NCBI GenBank assembly: GCA_002839435.1
Contig: PGYA01000006.1
Span: 50,132-114,131, forward strand
Direction of reading: 5' to 3'
DNA from: Candidatus Riflebacteria bacterium HGW-Riflebacteria-2
GTDB taxonomy: Bacteria > Muiribacteriota > Ozemobacteria > Ozemobacterales > Ozemobacteraceae
DNA length: 64,000 nucleotides
A model generated the notes under the pieces. It worked only from the letters and a program-made list of their open reading frames with translations, did not search any database and was not told the DNA's origin. Of this stretch, positions 1-9,447 are shown piece after piece. A program made the position numbers and the translations under genes. The stretch's first letter is position 1. Each line of letters opens with the position of its first letter.

Positions 1-123
1 GAAAAAGCTTCGTTCAAACTACATCCCGAGCTCAAAAACCTTCTGCTGGTAACCCTGCTGCCGGTAGATCACATGCAGTTGCCATTCTTCACATCTTTCG
101 CACTGCGAGGGCGCCAGTCATGA
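1..123 (+). CDS. 3' end of a hypothetical protein, truncated by the window edge
   Basis: Frame 1 is open from base 1 (EKASFKLHPELKNLLLVTLL...GRQS) to TGA at 121-123, with an ATGA overlap into the next gene. Confidence 0.5.
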   Translation, partial: EKASFKLHPELKNLLLVTLLPVDHMQLPFFTSFALRGRQS

Positions 124-512
124 GGAAACCACGACACGGAGCCATCTCTCATATCATCATGGCGACAGTATTGTCTCTTCTTGTCATACTGACTGCCATT
201 CTTCTCAGCAGTATGCATACTTCAAATGTTGTTCCGGCGATTTCACTTATAAATGCTGATTATCAGGCCGAATCTGCCATTATCATGCAGTTGCAGCAAG
301 CACACTTCAACCCGACGCTGCCTGAGCAGATTCTCGAAAAAGAAATCATGCCCGGAGTTCTGCTTAGACTCAAAGGTGTTGCTACCACAAATGGCGACTG
401 GCAATTCATCGGAAGCATAACCGGCAACCAGCTGAACAGAACATTCTCTGCCAGCGCCAACGTCAACACCCCTGACCAGATCAACTTCAGCCGGCAGCCT
501 CAGTCAGAATAA
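120..512 (+). CDS. Pilin-like protein (PilX/GspK-type N-terminus)
   Basis: Short basic leader MRKPRHG, then a hydrophobic helix lacking Glu5 and an ADYQAESAI motif resembling the PilX N-terminal AxYxAESG pattern. Confidence 0.5.
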   Translation: MRKPRHGAISHIIMATVLSLLVILTAILLSSMHTSNVVPAISLINADYQAESAIIMQLQQAHFNPTLPEQILEKEIMPGVLLRLKGVATTNGDWQFIGSITGNQLNRTFSASANVNTPDQINFSRQPQSE

Positions 513-1482
513 GCTCGTCACCATGACGGCTGAAAACCCTGGAACCACTCAAAACCCGGCGGCCGCCACCTTTTTTTTGCCATAAACTATCAATCTGCCC
601 GATCAACCGTCGATTGGCGATTTCTCCCAGCCCGGCTTCTATCAGCCACAGCCGGATGACTTCCCGCCGTAAAAAAGAGGGCGGAACCCTGGTGACCTTG
701 AGAATTGCTGCCTTACGGTTGCGCTGCAAAAACATGCTGGCCGCGCGTGTTACCATGCCATGCAACTGCTGTATCTCTTCGGCCAGTTCGGAAAAGTGAC
801 GGGCAGCGCCTGTAGCCGCGGTGTTTATAACCGGCATAATGCGATGCCGAACCATGTTACGAAAATACACCTCGCTGCTGTTGGTTTCGTCTTCACGCCA
901 GACCTGCCCGACGGTGCCAAGATACTGCTTGAGCTCCTGCCTCTCTATATTCAGCAGTGGCCGCCACAGGTACAATGGTTTTTCATCGATGATGAGACGG
1001 CGGCGGCTTCTGATACCACCGGCACCGGCAACGCCACAACCGCGTAGCATGCGCATAAGAACAGTTTCGGCCTGATCATCGGCAGTATGTCCGGTTGCGA
1101 TAATTGCGGCCCCCGATTCTTCAAGCATCTGCGCAAAACAGCGATAGCGGAAGGCTCTAGCCCAGGCCTCACTGCCCGGTCGACTGCTGCCGGCATGATC
1201 TTCAGCGCCGGCACGCCGCCAGAAAAATTCAAGCCCGAGTCGGCTCGCCAGTTCACCAACCCAATGCCGGTCAGCCTCGGAAGCTCCACGCAAAGCATGA
1301 TCGACATGAAAAACCACAAGTTGCAGCCGCTTCATGCGACAGTAATGCAGCAGTAAAAGCAGCATCGCAACAGAATCGATGCCGCCTGAAACAGCTGCAG
1401 CAATTCTGCCACCTTTTCCCACAGCGGTAAAAGATGAGATCAGCCTCTGCTGAAGGCGCCGCGCCTCATTCATCGTATTCAA
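487..1482 (-). CDS. tilS: tRNA(Ile)-lysidine synthetase
   Basis: PP-loop AVSGGIDS, HVDHALR, ARAFRY, GHTADDQAETVLMRMLRG, RPLL, EDETN and RN..RH motifs. Confidence 0.95.
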   Translation of the reverse strand: MNTMNEARRLQQRLISSFTAVGKGGRIAAAVSGGIDSVAMLLLLLHYCRMKRLQLVVFHVDHALRGASEADRHWVGELASRLGLEFFWRRAGAEDHAGSSRPGSEAWARAFRYRCFAQMLEESGAAIIATGHTADDQAETVLMRMLRGCGVAGAGGIRSRRRLIIDEKPLYLWRPLLNIERQELKQYLGTVGQVWREDETNSSEVYFRNMVRHRIMPVINTAATGAARHFSELAEEIQQLHGMVTRAASMFLQRNRKAAILKVTRVPPSFLRREVIRLWLIEAGLGEIANRRLIGQIDSLWQKKGGGRRVLSGSRVFSRHGDELILTEAAG

Positions 1483-1580
1483 GCCTCTGTAAAAGTGATT
1501 CGCAGGATACTCCTGTCACTGCGTATTATAGCATATTACCGGTCAGCGCGGGCAAAGCTGGTGCATATCGGTTAACGCAG

Positions 1581-1606
1581 AAAAGCTGCCCCGTTGCCGG
1601 AGCAGC
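1581..1606 (-). terminator. Intrinsic terminator of the 3972-1648 gene pair
   Basis: Minus strand reads GCTGCTCCG-GCAA-CGGGGCAGC followed by TTTT. Confidence 0.6.
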
Positions 1607-1647
1607 CAATCTTAAGAGCTCTTTTGTAGAACTGGCAGGCCAGTCCT

Positions 1648-2664
1648 TTACTTGATTTTCAGAGGAACGTAAAGAACCTGACGATTACCGCTTACATCAG
1701 ATGCATCCACATAGAAATGCGGGTTTTCAGGAAGTTCAAGTTCTGCCAGCGCAATCTCAGTAGCATTGATAGCACTTACCGGAACTGGTTCACCGCTGGC
1801 GTTACTACAGATGCCGTATTTAAGCTTAGTATTATCAAGCTTATAGTTGTCTTCGCCGTTAACCTTGATCTTCAACACAGAACCCGCCGGAACCTTCACC
1901 GCTGCCTTTTCAGGCGGCACGACCATACCAGCACCCAGTTCGAGACCCTGTACCGCGAGAATGGCTCCTGGGTCAGCCTCGTTAATCAGGGCACCGCTGA
2001 AGTAAACATCTGCCAGCTTGGGCAGCGGATATTTATTGGGCGGATTTTCAGCCACCCAGAATGTCCCTGAGCGACCGCCTTCAACCAGAATCTCGAGGCC
2101 GCAGGTCGGCGGTGTGATATCAAGAACACGCGCGTCATGCCCGACACTTGCATTGGCAAAGGTGCCTCTGGTCTTGCCGGTCACCGGATCAGTGTAGCGC
2201 ATCTTGCGGCCGATATGACAGGTTATCGCGCCTTTTCCGGTCGGATTGATCGGCGTTACCACCATCTGATTCAACGCCAGCTGCTGGGTTGAAGAAGCAG
2301 GAACGTTTTTGTTCTTTTCCCAGTCGATGAAGAACCACGAAACCGCAGCATTGCGCGACCATTTTGCATTGGGAATGTCGCTCCCATTGTATTGAGCCGG
2401 CGGTTCAGCATCAAAGATAGCGGTATCAGCCACCAGAGTTATTGGTATATCCTCGGTCAGAGTCGCCGGAATAGCCTCGCCGTTCTCCATGAATATTTTC
2501 AACGGCATAACCGGGCTGAGGTTTTCCGGGTGCGGCGGCATGTTTATACCTTCAAGCCAGGGCGGAGTCTCCTTTTTTGTGGCGTCATCCTGGGCATACA
2601 GAGCCACAGAACCTGCCAAACTGACGATTATTGCGACAACTACAAAGATAGAACGATTTTTCAT
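1648..2664 (-). CDS. Secreted hypothetical protein with a shared C-terminal Ig-like module
   Basis: Signal peptide (ALYA-QD); DITPP...IKVNGEDN...ASDVSGNRQVLYVPLKIK pattern. Confidence 0.75.
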   Translation of the reverse strand: MKNRSIFVVVAIIVSLAGSVALYAQDDATKKETPPWLEGINMPPHPENLSPVMPLKIFMENGEAIPATLTEDIPITLVADTAIFDAEPPAQYNGSDIPNAKWSRNAAVSWFFIDWEKNKNVPASSTQQLALNQMVVTPINPTGKGAITCHIGRKMRYTDPVTGKTRGTFANASVGHDARVLDITPPTCGLEILVEGGRSGTFWVAENPPNKYPLPKLADVYFSGALINEADPGAILAVQGLELGAGMVVPPEKAAVKVPAGSVLKIKVNGEDNYKLDNTKLKYGICSNASGEPVPVSAINATEIALAELELPENPHFYVDASDVSGNRQVLYVPLKIK

Positions 2665-2688
2665 GCTTTATTCTTCTCCAGAACTCGG

Positions 2689-3972
2689 TTACTGATTTCT
2701 GCCACCTTCAAATGCAGCCTGGGTGTTAACAATGTAAAGAGGCATTCTGATAGTGGTCAGGTTGCCATCTTTGTCGGCTGCTGAAGTGGTGAAATAGTAA
2801 TCCGGCTGGTCTTTATATTCGGCACGGGGATAATTGGGAACACGGAACAGATAAGCATCGCCATCTCTTTCGACTTCCTTGTCGTTGGCATCAACGATTC
2901 TGACTTCAACTTCGCCGGCAGAAGCACGCTTGTTGCCATTGTCGGTTGAAACAGCCGCGATGATGAAAGGAACGTTGCGGCGGACATATACGCCCTTAAT
3001 GCTCTTGTCTTCGCCGCCAATGACGCTGACGTGGTTGGTATATTCCTTCTGATCGATCTTCGAGTTCAGCTTGCCACTCTCATATTTGGGCGCGCCGCGC
3101 TCGTTGAACAGAGTACCGGCAATCGAAAGTCTGGCAGTCTTTTCCCAGGGTATGCTGTTGCGCTCTTCGTCTTTACCTTCTTCGATAAAGATGTAGCTGG
3201 CATCTTCGAAATCTTTGGAATCTGTTGAGAACGGCTGACCCATATTTTCGATGATCTTGCCAACCATCTGGGCTTTCAGAGCCTCTTCAGATTCTGCCAT
3301 ATTGATGTTACCGGCGCCTTCCTGGAAAGCTATCCAGACGTCGGGAGAGGTGCAGTCATGAACTTCAATACCTACACGCTGCTGAGCCGTAACGGTGCTT
3401 GCTGCACCCGAGGCTTCGCCGCCTTCTTCGCCTTCAGCACCGGTAGTAGCAGTTGCTGAACCGCCGGCTTCTTCATCGGTTCCTCCTACGGCATCACCCT
3501 CGGCGCCGCCAGCAGAAGAAACCTGGCGGGCACCACCGTTGTGAACCTGGTAGTAACCGGGGTCAGTGATATTACAGGGATTAGAGGCAACATTGGTGTC
3601 TTCTGAACTTTCGGTGTTCAGGTTGCCTGATTCGTCTTCTTTTTTGACTTCCCAGTTGATGTTGGGCGGGCCTTCAAACTGTGCGCTTTCTGCAATCGCG
3701 TTGGCGTCAACGTTGTAAAGGTCTGAGTTTTCAGCCATAAGGTAGCCAACATCTTCAAGCCACTGCAGATCACCCTCTTCAGCATCCTTGCCCCTGAACC
3801 CTTCCGGCATAACATATTCGCTGTTAACAACTCCAAGCGACATATCGACGCTTTCAGGCAAAGCCGGCGCTTCTTCTTCGGTTGCGGTAGTGTCCTGGGC
3901 ATAACCCGGCCATACTGAAGCACAAACAAACATCACTGCAACAACAAACCAGAACCTGTTCCAAAATTTCAT
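2689..3972 (-). CDS. Secreted acidic hypothetical protein with a shared C-terminal Ig-like module
   Basis: Signal peptide (GYA-QD), GGAG RBS, acidic G/A/E-rich linker; DCTSP...RRNVPFIIAAVSTDN...AADKDGNLTTIRMPLYI pattern. Confidence 0.75.
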   Translation of the reverse strand: MKFWNRFWFVVAVMFVCASVWPGYAQDTTATEEEAPALPESVDMSLGVVNSEYVMPEGFRGKDAEEGDLQWLEDVGYLMAENSDLYNVDANAIAESAQFEGPPNINWEVKKEDESGNLNTESSEDTNVASNPCNITDPGYYQVHNGGARQVSSAGGAEGDAVGGTDEEAGGSATATTGAEGEEGGEASGAASTVTAQQRVGIEVHDCTSPDVWIAFQEGAGNINMAESEEALKAQMVGKIIENMGQPFSTDSKDFEDASYIFIEEGKDEERNSIPWEKTARLSIAGTLFNERGAPKYESGKLNSKIDQKEYTNHVSVIGGEDKSIKGVYVRRNVPFIIAAVSTDNGNKRASAGEVEVRIVDANDKEVERDGDAYLFRVPNYPRAEYKDQPDYYFTTSAADKDGNLTTIRMPLYIVNTQAAFEGGRNQ

Positions 3973-4142
3973 AAGGTTTCCTCCATATTTCTCTGAATCA
4001 GATCTGCAGTACCTTTAACCATTCTAATTCTGTTACGAAAAAAACACCAAGGATTGTTTCAAAAATTATTTTTTTTTTGAGAAACCCACAGCCGTTAGCG
4101 AACGATTTGCCCTCGCTCAGTCTAAATGATAAGCTTGCTTAT

Positions 4143-5318
4143 ATGAGCATTGCCATTATTACGGGTTTTGAGCCTTTCGCTGACTGCGGCGTCAACCCTT
4201 CATGGCTTGCAGTCAGCGCACTGCCGGCCAGCGTCGGGTCGTTCACCTTGACGCGACTTCTGCTACCGGTCTCTTTTGAAAAGGCCTTTGGCAGACTGGA
4301 AGAGGCAATCGTCGCCTGCCAGCCAGATCTGGTCATCTGCACCGGCCTGGCCACCCGACGCGACAGCATCTCGATCGAGCGCATTGCAATCAATATTGAC
4401 GATGCGCGCATTCCCGACAACGAAGGCTACCACCCGATCGAGCGCAGAATCGACTACTCTGCGCCAGATGCCTACTTCAGCTGCCTGCCTGTTCGCGCCA
4501 TCTGCGAAAAAATTAGCGAGGCCGGCCTGCCCGCGGCTATCTCCGACTCAGCCGGAACCTATGTCTGTAACCATGTCATGTTTCGCCTGCTGCACCTGAT
4601 CGCCAACCGCTACCCCAAAATTCTTGGCGGCTTCATCCACGTTCCGGCCACTCCCGAAATGTCTGGCAATAAAGGTCCCGGCATGCCACTCGCCGACATC
4701 ACCCGCGCGCTGCAGCTTGCGGTTGAAGTCTGCTCCGATCATTCAACTCACTGGCAGGGCAGCAAACGCCGCATCGTCGAATACAACCCGGGCTGGCCAG
4801 GTGAATTTACAGAAATCGCAACGCAACTGCATAGCGGCCTTGGCAATCTGGCTCTGCGCATCGACCACATTGGCTCTACTTCTGTGCCAGAGCTGGCTGC
4901 CAAGGACGTGATAGACATTCAGATTACCGTAAGCGAACTCAGCGACCAGCTGCTTGCGGCAATGACTGCCATGGGCTACACCCGCTCAGAAATCGCCACC
5001 AGCGACCACATTCCGGCCTGCATGAGCGACAAACCGCATGAATGGCAGAAGTGGTTCTTCAAGGCACCGCCCGGTCAAAGACCAACCAACACGCATGTTC
5101 GCATCGCTGGCCGCGCCAATCAACGCTACCCGCTGCTGTTTCGCGATTTTCTACGCGCGCATCCCAATTACGCGAAGTCGTATGGTGAACTAAAAAAGCG
5201 GCTGGCCGCCAATCTTGCCAACTCCAGAACTTACCCCGACGTCAAAGACCCCGCCGTCGATCTCATCTACCACGCCGCCGAAAACTGGGCGGCCAGGATT
5301 TGCTGGCAGTCAGAATAG
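4143..5318 (+). CDS. pcp: Pyroglutamyl-peptidase I fused to a GrpB (UPF0157) domain
   Basis: ITGFEPF, NPS, ISIERIAIN, AGTYVCNH and GFIHVP (Glu-Cys-His triad); C-terminal IVEYNPGWP, IDHIGSTSVP, AAKDVIDI and FRDFLR..P GrpB motifs. Start placed at ATG 4143. Confidence 0.88.
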   Translation: MSIAIITGFEPFADCGVNPSWLAVSALPASVGSFTLTRLLLPVSFEKAFGRLEEAIVACQPDLVICTGLATRRDSISIERIAINIDDARIPDNEGYHPIERRIDYSAPDAYFSCLPVRAICEKISEAGLPAAISDSAGTYVCNHVMFRLLHLIANRYPKILGGFIHVPATPEMSGNKGPGMPLADITRALQLAVEVCSDHSTHWQGSKRRIVEYNPGWPGEFTEIATQLHSGLGNLALRIDHIGSTSVPELAAKDVIDIQITVSELSDQLLAAMTAMGYTRSEIATSDHIPACMSDKPHEWQKWFFKAPPGQRPTNTHVRIAGRANQRYPLLFRDFLRAHPNYAKSYGELKKRLAANLANSRTYPDVKDPAVDLIYHAAENWAARICWQSE

Positions 5319-5340
5319 AAAGCCTGACAAACTCCACCCC

Positions 5341-6111
5341 TCACCTTACAAACGAAATTCCATACTTCGTCAGAAGAAAGATGCAGCCAATAAAAACAAA
5401 TACCTGCAAGTAACCGAGAAAAGCATGCCAAAACCTGTCCATGATATTGAACTCACGAAATTCGAATGAAAACCGCATGTTCAGGCCGCGCACAGGCTCA
5501 GCAACCATTTCTACCTGAGGCTCAACGTAGGCAGCACCGATTATCCCGGCAATCTGTTTTGCCAGATTCTTGTTTTCCTCAAGCGAACCAGATTTCATAT
5601 CACTCAATACCTTTACCTCGCCGGTATTATCGACCAGTACAGTCTGATATGTCCATAAGAGTTTCTTTCCGATAACCTGCTGCATAGCCGTCACCGTCAA
5701 AGCATGCACCTGCGAAAAAGTCAGCATCACTCTTTCGCTTTCATAGCCAAGAAATTCAAAGTGATAAAACAGGCACTTTTCATCAATATCGAGCACATAA
5801 TAGTTGTCGGTGAAATTGTAAAGAGTGACAAAAGCTACGCTACAGATCGCACCTGCCGGCAGCATCAACTTCGTCACCATTGTCATGCCATCTTTCATCC
5901 AGCCGTGGCAACCACCCAGCAAAACAGCTAAGCTGTAAAAAGAGGCGGTAAAGAAAAAGCTTTCTAGCGGCGTTTTAAGATCAAGTATTATCTTGCAAGG
6001 CGGTTGGCCATCAACAGCCAGAACTGATCTGCCCTTCATCTTCGCTCCCATGACTGATGATAGAGTCAGGATAGCTGAAATCAAGTCTTTCAGCAACAGA
6101 TCAATTTTCAT
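5341..6111 (-). CDS. Hypothetical membrane protein
   Basis: Two N-terminal hydrophobic segments, a soluble middle region and a C-terminal TM helix. Confidence 0.65.
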   Translation of the reverse strand: MKIDLLLKDLISAILTLSSVMGAKMKGRSVLAVDGQPPCKIILDLKTPLESFFFTASFYSLAVLLGGCHGWMKDGMTMVTKLMLPAGAICSVAFVTLYNFTDNYYVLDIDEKCLFYHFEFLGYESERVMLTFSQVHALTVTAMQQVIGKKLLWTYQTVLVDNTGEVKVLSDMKSGSLEENKNLAKQIAGIIGAAYVEPQVEMVAEPVRGLNMRFSFEFREFNIMDRFWHAFLGYLQVFVFIGCIFLLTKYGISFVR

Positions 6112-6245
6112 CGATGAATTGACAATTTTTCTCCAGTTTTGCCAATCGAATCTCTAAAACGAGCTCCAGATAAGGCGTTATCGACATGGCATGCCTTTTG
6201 CGTAAGCGGGGTTACCTATATGTTGCTTGAAACTGGAGGAACGAA

Positions 6246-7283
6246 ATGACTTTTACCATCGCAAGAAAGAATCACATATCAATGTTGCTGGCGTTCAGCA
6301 TGCTGTTTTCGATATTTTTTCTGGCCGCCACGCCGCCAGCTGAAGCCGGCCTGTTCAGAGCCCTCGCCAAAATCGGCCGCGCTGTTGCCGTTACCGCCTC
6401 TGCCATAACTGGCGGAGTCATTGGCGCTGTAGTTGGCTGCGTTACCGGGGGCCCGGTTGGCGCTCTGGCAGGATTCACCGCCGGTGCCATTATTGGTGGA
6501 ATAACCATGGGCGCCCTCACTTCGACAACCGGCACCTCAGCCCTTACCGGCGCTGCAATCGGAGCCATGCACGGCGCCTGCGGCGGTCCGCTCGGCATGC
6601 TGGCCGGTGCGGCTATCGGCGGCGTTGTCGGTGCCGCTATCGGTTGTGTAGCTGAAGGTTGCTGTGATGACAACTGCTGCAACGGCGGCAATGGCAAAAA
6701 AGGCTCGGTGGTAGCGTCAGGCTACATCAAAGATTCTGGTAAAAGCGAAGAACCGGCAGAAAGCCTGCCAACCGATATTCCCGCCGAAGAGCCACTTCCC
6801 CAGGAACCCGCCAGAGAAGAACCGGTTGCCGAAGTGCCACAGACCCCTGAAACCGAAGAAACCGGCAATACCACTTATGCCGACGCCAGCGCAGAAGCAG
6901 CTGCCAGCAACGATCCTGCCGACATGACCGTAGAGGCATCGGTTCAGTTTCTGGTAATGCAGGCTCCCGAGCTCGACAGCGCGAGAACAGATGCGCTCAC
7001 CAATAATACCAGCTCTGAAGAATACGAAAGTCGACTCGACCAGCGCGAGCTTGTCGCCGACAACCTCACCAGCAAACTGATCGCAGAAATCGAAGCAAAC
7101 AACGGCCAGCCCGGCGAAGCCTACAGCCAGTTCAGAGCCAGCCTGCAGAAACTCGAACCCGAAAAGCGTGCAGCCCTCAACGATGTTATCGAATCAGTCA
7201 AAGACAACGTCACTCACAATCAGGTCAATAACCCCGATTCAACCAGCTACCAGACCCTCGCTGGCGAACTCAACCACATCTGA
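6246..7283 (+). CDS. Secreted glycine-zipper protein
   Basis: GGAGG RBS, signal peptide (AEA-G), long run of GxxxG repeats, Cys-rich linker, Pro/Glu-rich spacer and helical C-terminus. Confidence 0.75.
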   Translation: MTFTIARKNHISMLLAFSMLFSIFFLAATPPAEAGLFRALAKIGRAVAVTASAITGGVIGAVVGCVTGGPVGALAGFTAGAIIGGITMGALTSTTGTSALTGAAIGAMHGACGGPLGMLAGAAIGGVVGAAIGCVAEGCCDDNCCNGGNGKKGSVVASGYIKDSGKSEEPAESLPTDIPAEEPLPQEPAREEPVAEVPQTPETEETGNTTYADASAEAAASNDPADMTVEASVQFLVMQAPELDSARTDALTNNTSSEEYESRLDQRELVADNLTSKLIAEIEANNGQPGEAYSQFRASLQKLEPEKRAALNDVIESVKDNVTHNQVNNPDSTSYQTLAGELNHI

Positions 7284-7308
7284 CATCAGATATCTTTCAG
7301 ACCTACCT

Positions 7309-7344
7309 CGGGCCTGCCTGGCAAAGGCGGGCCCGCTTTTATTT
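7309..7344 (+). terminator. Intrinsic terminator
   Basis: CGGGCCTGCCT / AGGCGGGCCCG hairpin followed by CTTTTATTT. Confidence 0.65.
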
Positions 7345-7519
7345 CAGCGCCTCCAGCCTCGCCAAAGTTCGATGCCTTTATATATACAAAAATTATTTGA
7401 ATGTTTTCAGGTGCAAGTCGGTTTGCTTTTTCGTAAGCTTATGAGCGAAGCAAATCACTGCAGATAAAGCATTCCATTCTATAGATACCATATCCACGAA
7501 ATTGGAGAACTTTAAGCCG

Positions 7520-8329
7520 ATGACAGACCAGAACGATGACCGCTGGGCTTTACCGGGTATCGCAGAAGCTTTGCAATGGCTTGATTATCGTAACCAGCAG
7601 GGAATATCAATAGCACTCGATGCGCTGGGGGAATATGCAAAAGACACCGAACAGGCAGCAGAAAATCTGGCAGGCTATCGAAACTGTCTGCTGGCGCTGC
7701 CGCCAGCCAGCCACAAAGTAGCGGTTGCAATCAAGCTTTCAGCGCTCGGTCTGAATTTTGACGCCGCGCTCGCCGAAACAAATCTGCAAAATCTGCTGGA
7801 ACTGGCTCGAAACAGCGATAATCTGGTCGAAATCGATATCGAAGGCACTCCGACGGTCGAGGCTACGGTAGCTATGGCCTGCAAATTCGCGACTATGGGC
7901 CTCAATCTTGTTCTCGCCCTGCAAGCCTACCTCGATCGAACTGATTCCGATATCCGCCGCGCACTTGAAGCCGGGCTGAAAATCCGTCTGGTCAAAGGCG
8001 CGTATCGTGGCGACACCGATGATTTTACCGAGATCCAGAGCCGTTTCTTCTCTCATTTCAAAACGCTGCTGGCAACCGGCCGACCTTTCGACGTCGGAAC
8101 CCACGACCCGCTTCTGATCGAACAGATGAAGACAGCCATCACTGAACGGTCACAGGTTTGCTTCGGCTTTTTAAAAGGCCTGGCTGATCAGACCAAGCTG
8201 AATCTGGCACAAAGCGGCTTCGGCGCTTCCGAATATGTACCCTACGGAACCAATCGCAAGGCCTATGTCGCCAGACGCCAACTCTACCTCAAAAACCTCG
8301 AAAAAACCGGCCTCACCCCAGCCCCCTGA
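7520..8329 (+). CDS. Monofunctional proline dehydrogenase
   Basis: LDALGE, AIKLSALG, LQAYL.RT, IRLVKGAY, GTHD and YVPYG..RR motifs; ATG at 7520 follows GGAG. Confidence 0.88.
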   Translation: MTDQNDDRWALPGIAEALQWLDYRNQQGISIALDALGEYAKDTEQAAENLAGYRNCLLALPPASHKVAVAIKLSALGLNFDAALAETNLQNLLELARNSDNLVEIDIEGTPTVEATVAMACKFATMGLNLVLALQAYLDRTDSDIRRALEAGLKIRLVKGAYRGDTDDFTEIQSRFFSHFKTLLATGRPFDVGTHDPLLIEQMKTAITERSQVCFGFLKGLADQTKLNLAQSGFGASEYVPYGTNRKAYVARRQLYLKNLEKTGLTPAP

Positions 8330-8377
8330 CCAGCCCGCAAACCACAACGACCTCAAGCCAGATAAACTATCCGCCTG

Positions 8378-8408
8378 AAAAAAAGCCCGCTTACGCAGCG
8401 GGCTTTTT
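8378..8408. terminator. Bidirectional intrinsic terminator, probably the original terminator of the tRNA operon before island insertion
   Basis: AAAAAAAGCCCGC-TTACGCA-GCGGGCTTTTT, about 10 bp outside the att repeat. Confidence 0.8.
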
Positions 8409-8417
8409 GAAATACAC

Positions 8418-8429
8418 TAGCAAGGGTCG
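8418..8429. repeat. Distal att core: duplicate of the tRNA-Met 3' end
   Basis: TAGCAAGGGTCG is identical to 38335-38346. Confidence 0.85.
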
Positions 8430-8480
8430 CTATCAAACTGAAGAATACTGATGTCTGCACAGGTCTTTTTTACACTGAGC

Positions 8481-8500
8481 TTATCCCTATCTTGTCCCTA
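8481..8500 (+). promoter_or_regulatory. Putative integrase arm-type binding sites, distal end
   Basis: TTATCCCTA (8481-8489) and TTGTCCCTA (8492-8500); the same motif pair and 11-bp spacing recur at 38200-38219. Confidence 0.7.
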
Positions 8501-8716
8501 CAAATCAAAAAATCCAACATCCACTTCCACCTAAAGTCTTTTATAGTCCATGTTTGGATATGAAAGTATATCACATTTCCACCAAATACAAAAAACTCCA
8601 TCAAACTGGCAAGCAAATCACTGTTTACGAATTCACTAAAAAATGCCGAGGCGGCAGTTGCTATTGCTAATGTTGCTATTTCTGCGATAGTTCGGAAGCT
8701 ATCGTGGGTGGACAGT

Positions 8717-8739
8717 GAGAATTTTACTTCGTCAGAGCC
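8717..8739. repeat. 23-bp direct repeat, copy 1
   Basis: GAGAATTTTACTTCGTCAGAGCC is identical to 10932-10954 and reads GSDEVKFS on the minus strand. Confidence 0.9.
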
Positions 8740-9154
8740 GGGATTGACGCCAGGGTCTTTTATGTTCAAGCTATCGTTGTGGGAATTAAAAACAGTGCCC
8801 TTCTTAATTGTGACATTTGAACCCCTGAGTAATGCCAGAGACAAAGCGACAAAATAGCAGCGACAGTGACGGCACCGGTATTCCCAGAGCAGCTTTTTCC
8901 TTTGTTGGCCTTAAATAAATTTTTTGGAGTGGCCGCTTAAAAAAATGTCCATTTTTACTAGACCATTCCAACCAACGGATAACCGGCCTTAAAAAGGTCG
9001 CACGTCTGGCAGCCTCGTATCGATGGAATGACGAAATTCTTGGGCCATTTGAAACAAAGAAGCTCACAGCTAAATCTGCCTTACGGTTCCGTAAAAATAA
9101 AAACTACCCCAGATCATGCGATCCGGGGCAGTAGTTTCAGAGCCTTAGTATGAG

Positions 9155-9361
9155 ATGATTTCTACTTTCTTCTGCCAAATGGCCAAGCTGCGTAGCCATA
9201 TTCAGAAGCAATCATTTTTTTGCCAGTGCGGTAATGTATATACCAAGTCACAAAGCCATGAATGTTCTTCATACTGTTCCTCCTGTCGCAAGATTGCTGA
9301 TCAGAAGAACAATGTGAAACGATTGACAAAAAGAATGGCTCTGAGGTATTCTTTTGCTTGA
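9155..9361 (+). CDS. Small putative zinc-finger protein
   Basis: CQCG...YCSSC followed by a basic tail; ends before a terminator-like hairpin; start uncertain. Confidence 0.35.
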   Translation: MISTFFCQMAKLRSHIQKQSFFCQCGNVYTKSQSHECSSYCSSCRKIADQKNNVKRLTKRMALRYSFA

Positions 9362-9398
9362 GATAGTTTCTAGGTCTTCCGGGCTCAGCTTGGGGACT

Positions 9399-9433
9399 AA
9401 AAAGGCTTGGATGTTAGAGCATCCAGGCTTTTT
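9399..9433. terminator. Bidirectional terminator-like hairpin between convergent ORFs
   Basis: AAAAAGGCTTGGATG-TTAGAG-CATCCAGGCTTTTT. Confidence 0.6.
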
Positions 9434-9447
9434 TGTTGCCAGTTTAG

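Noticed and set aside
8470-8844. 124-aa ORF as a real gene
   Set aside because: No RBS and it runs into the att arm sites; only the repeat-containing part looks meaningful
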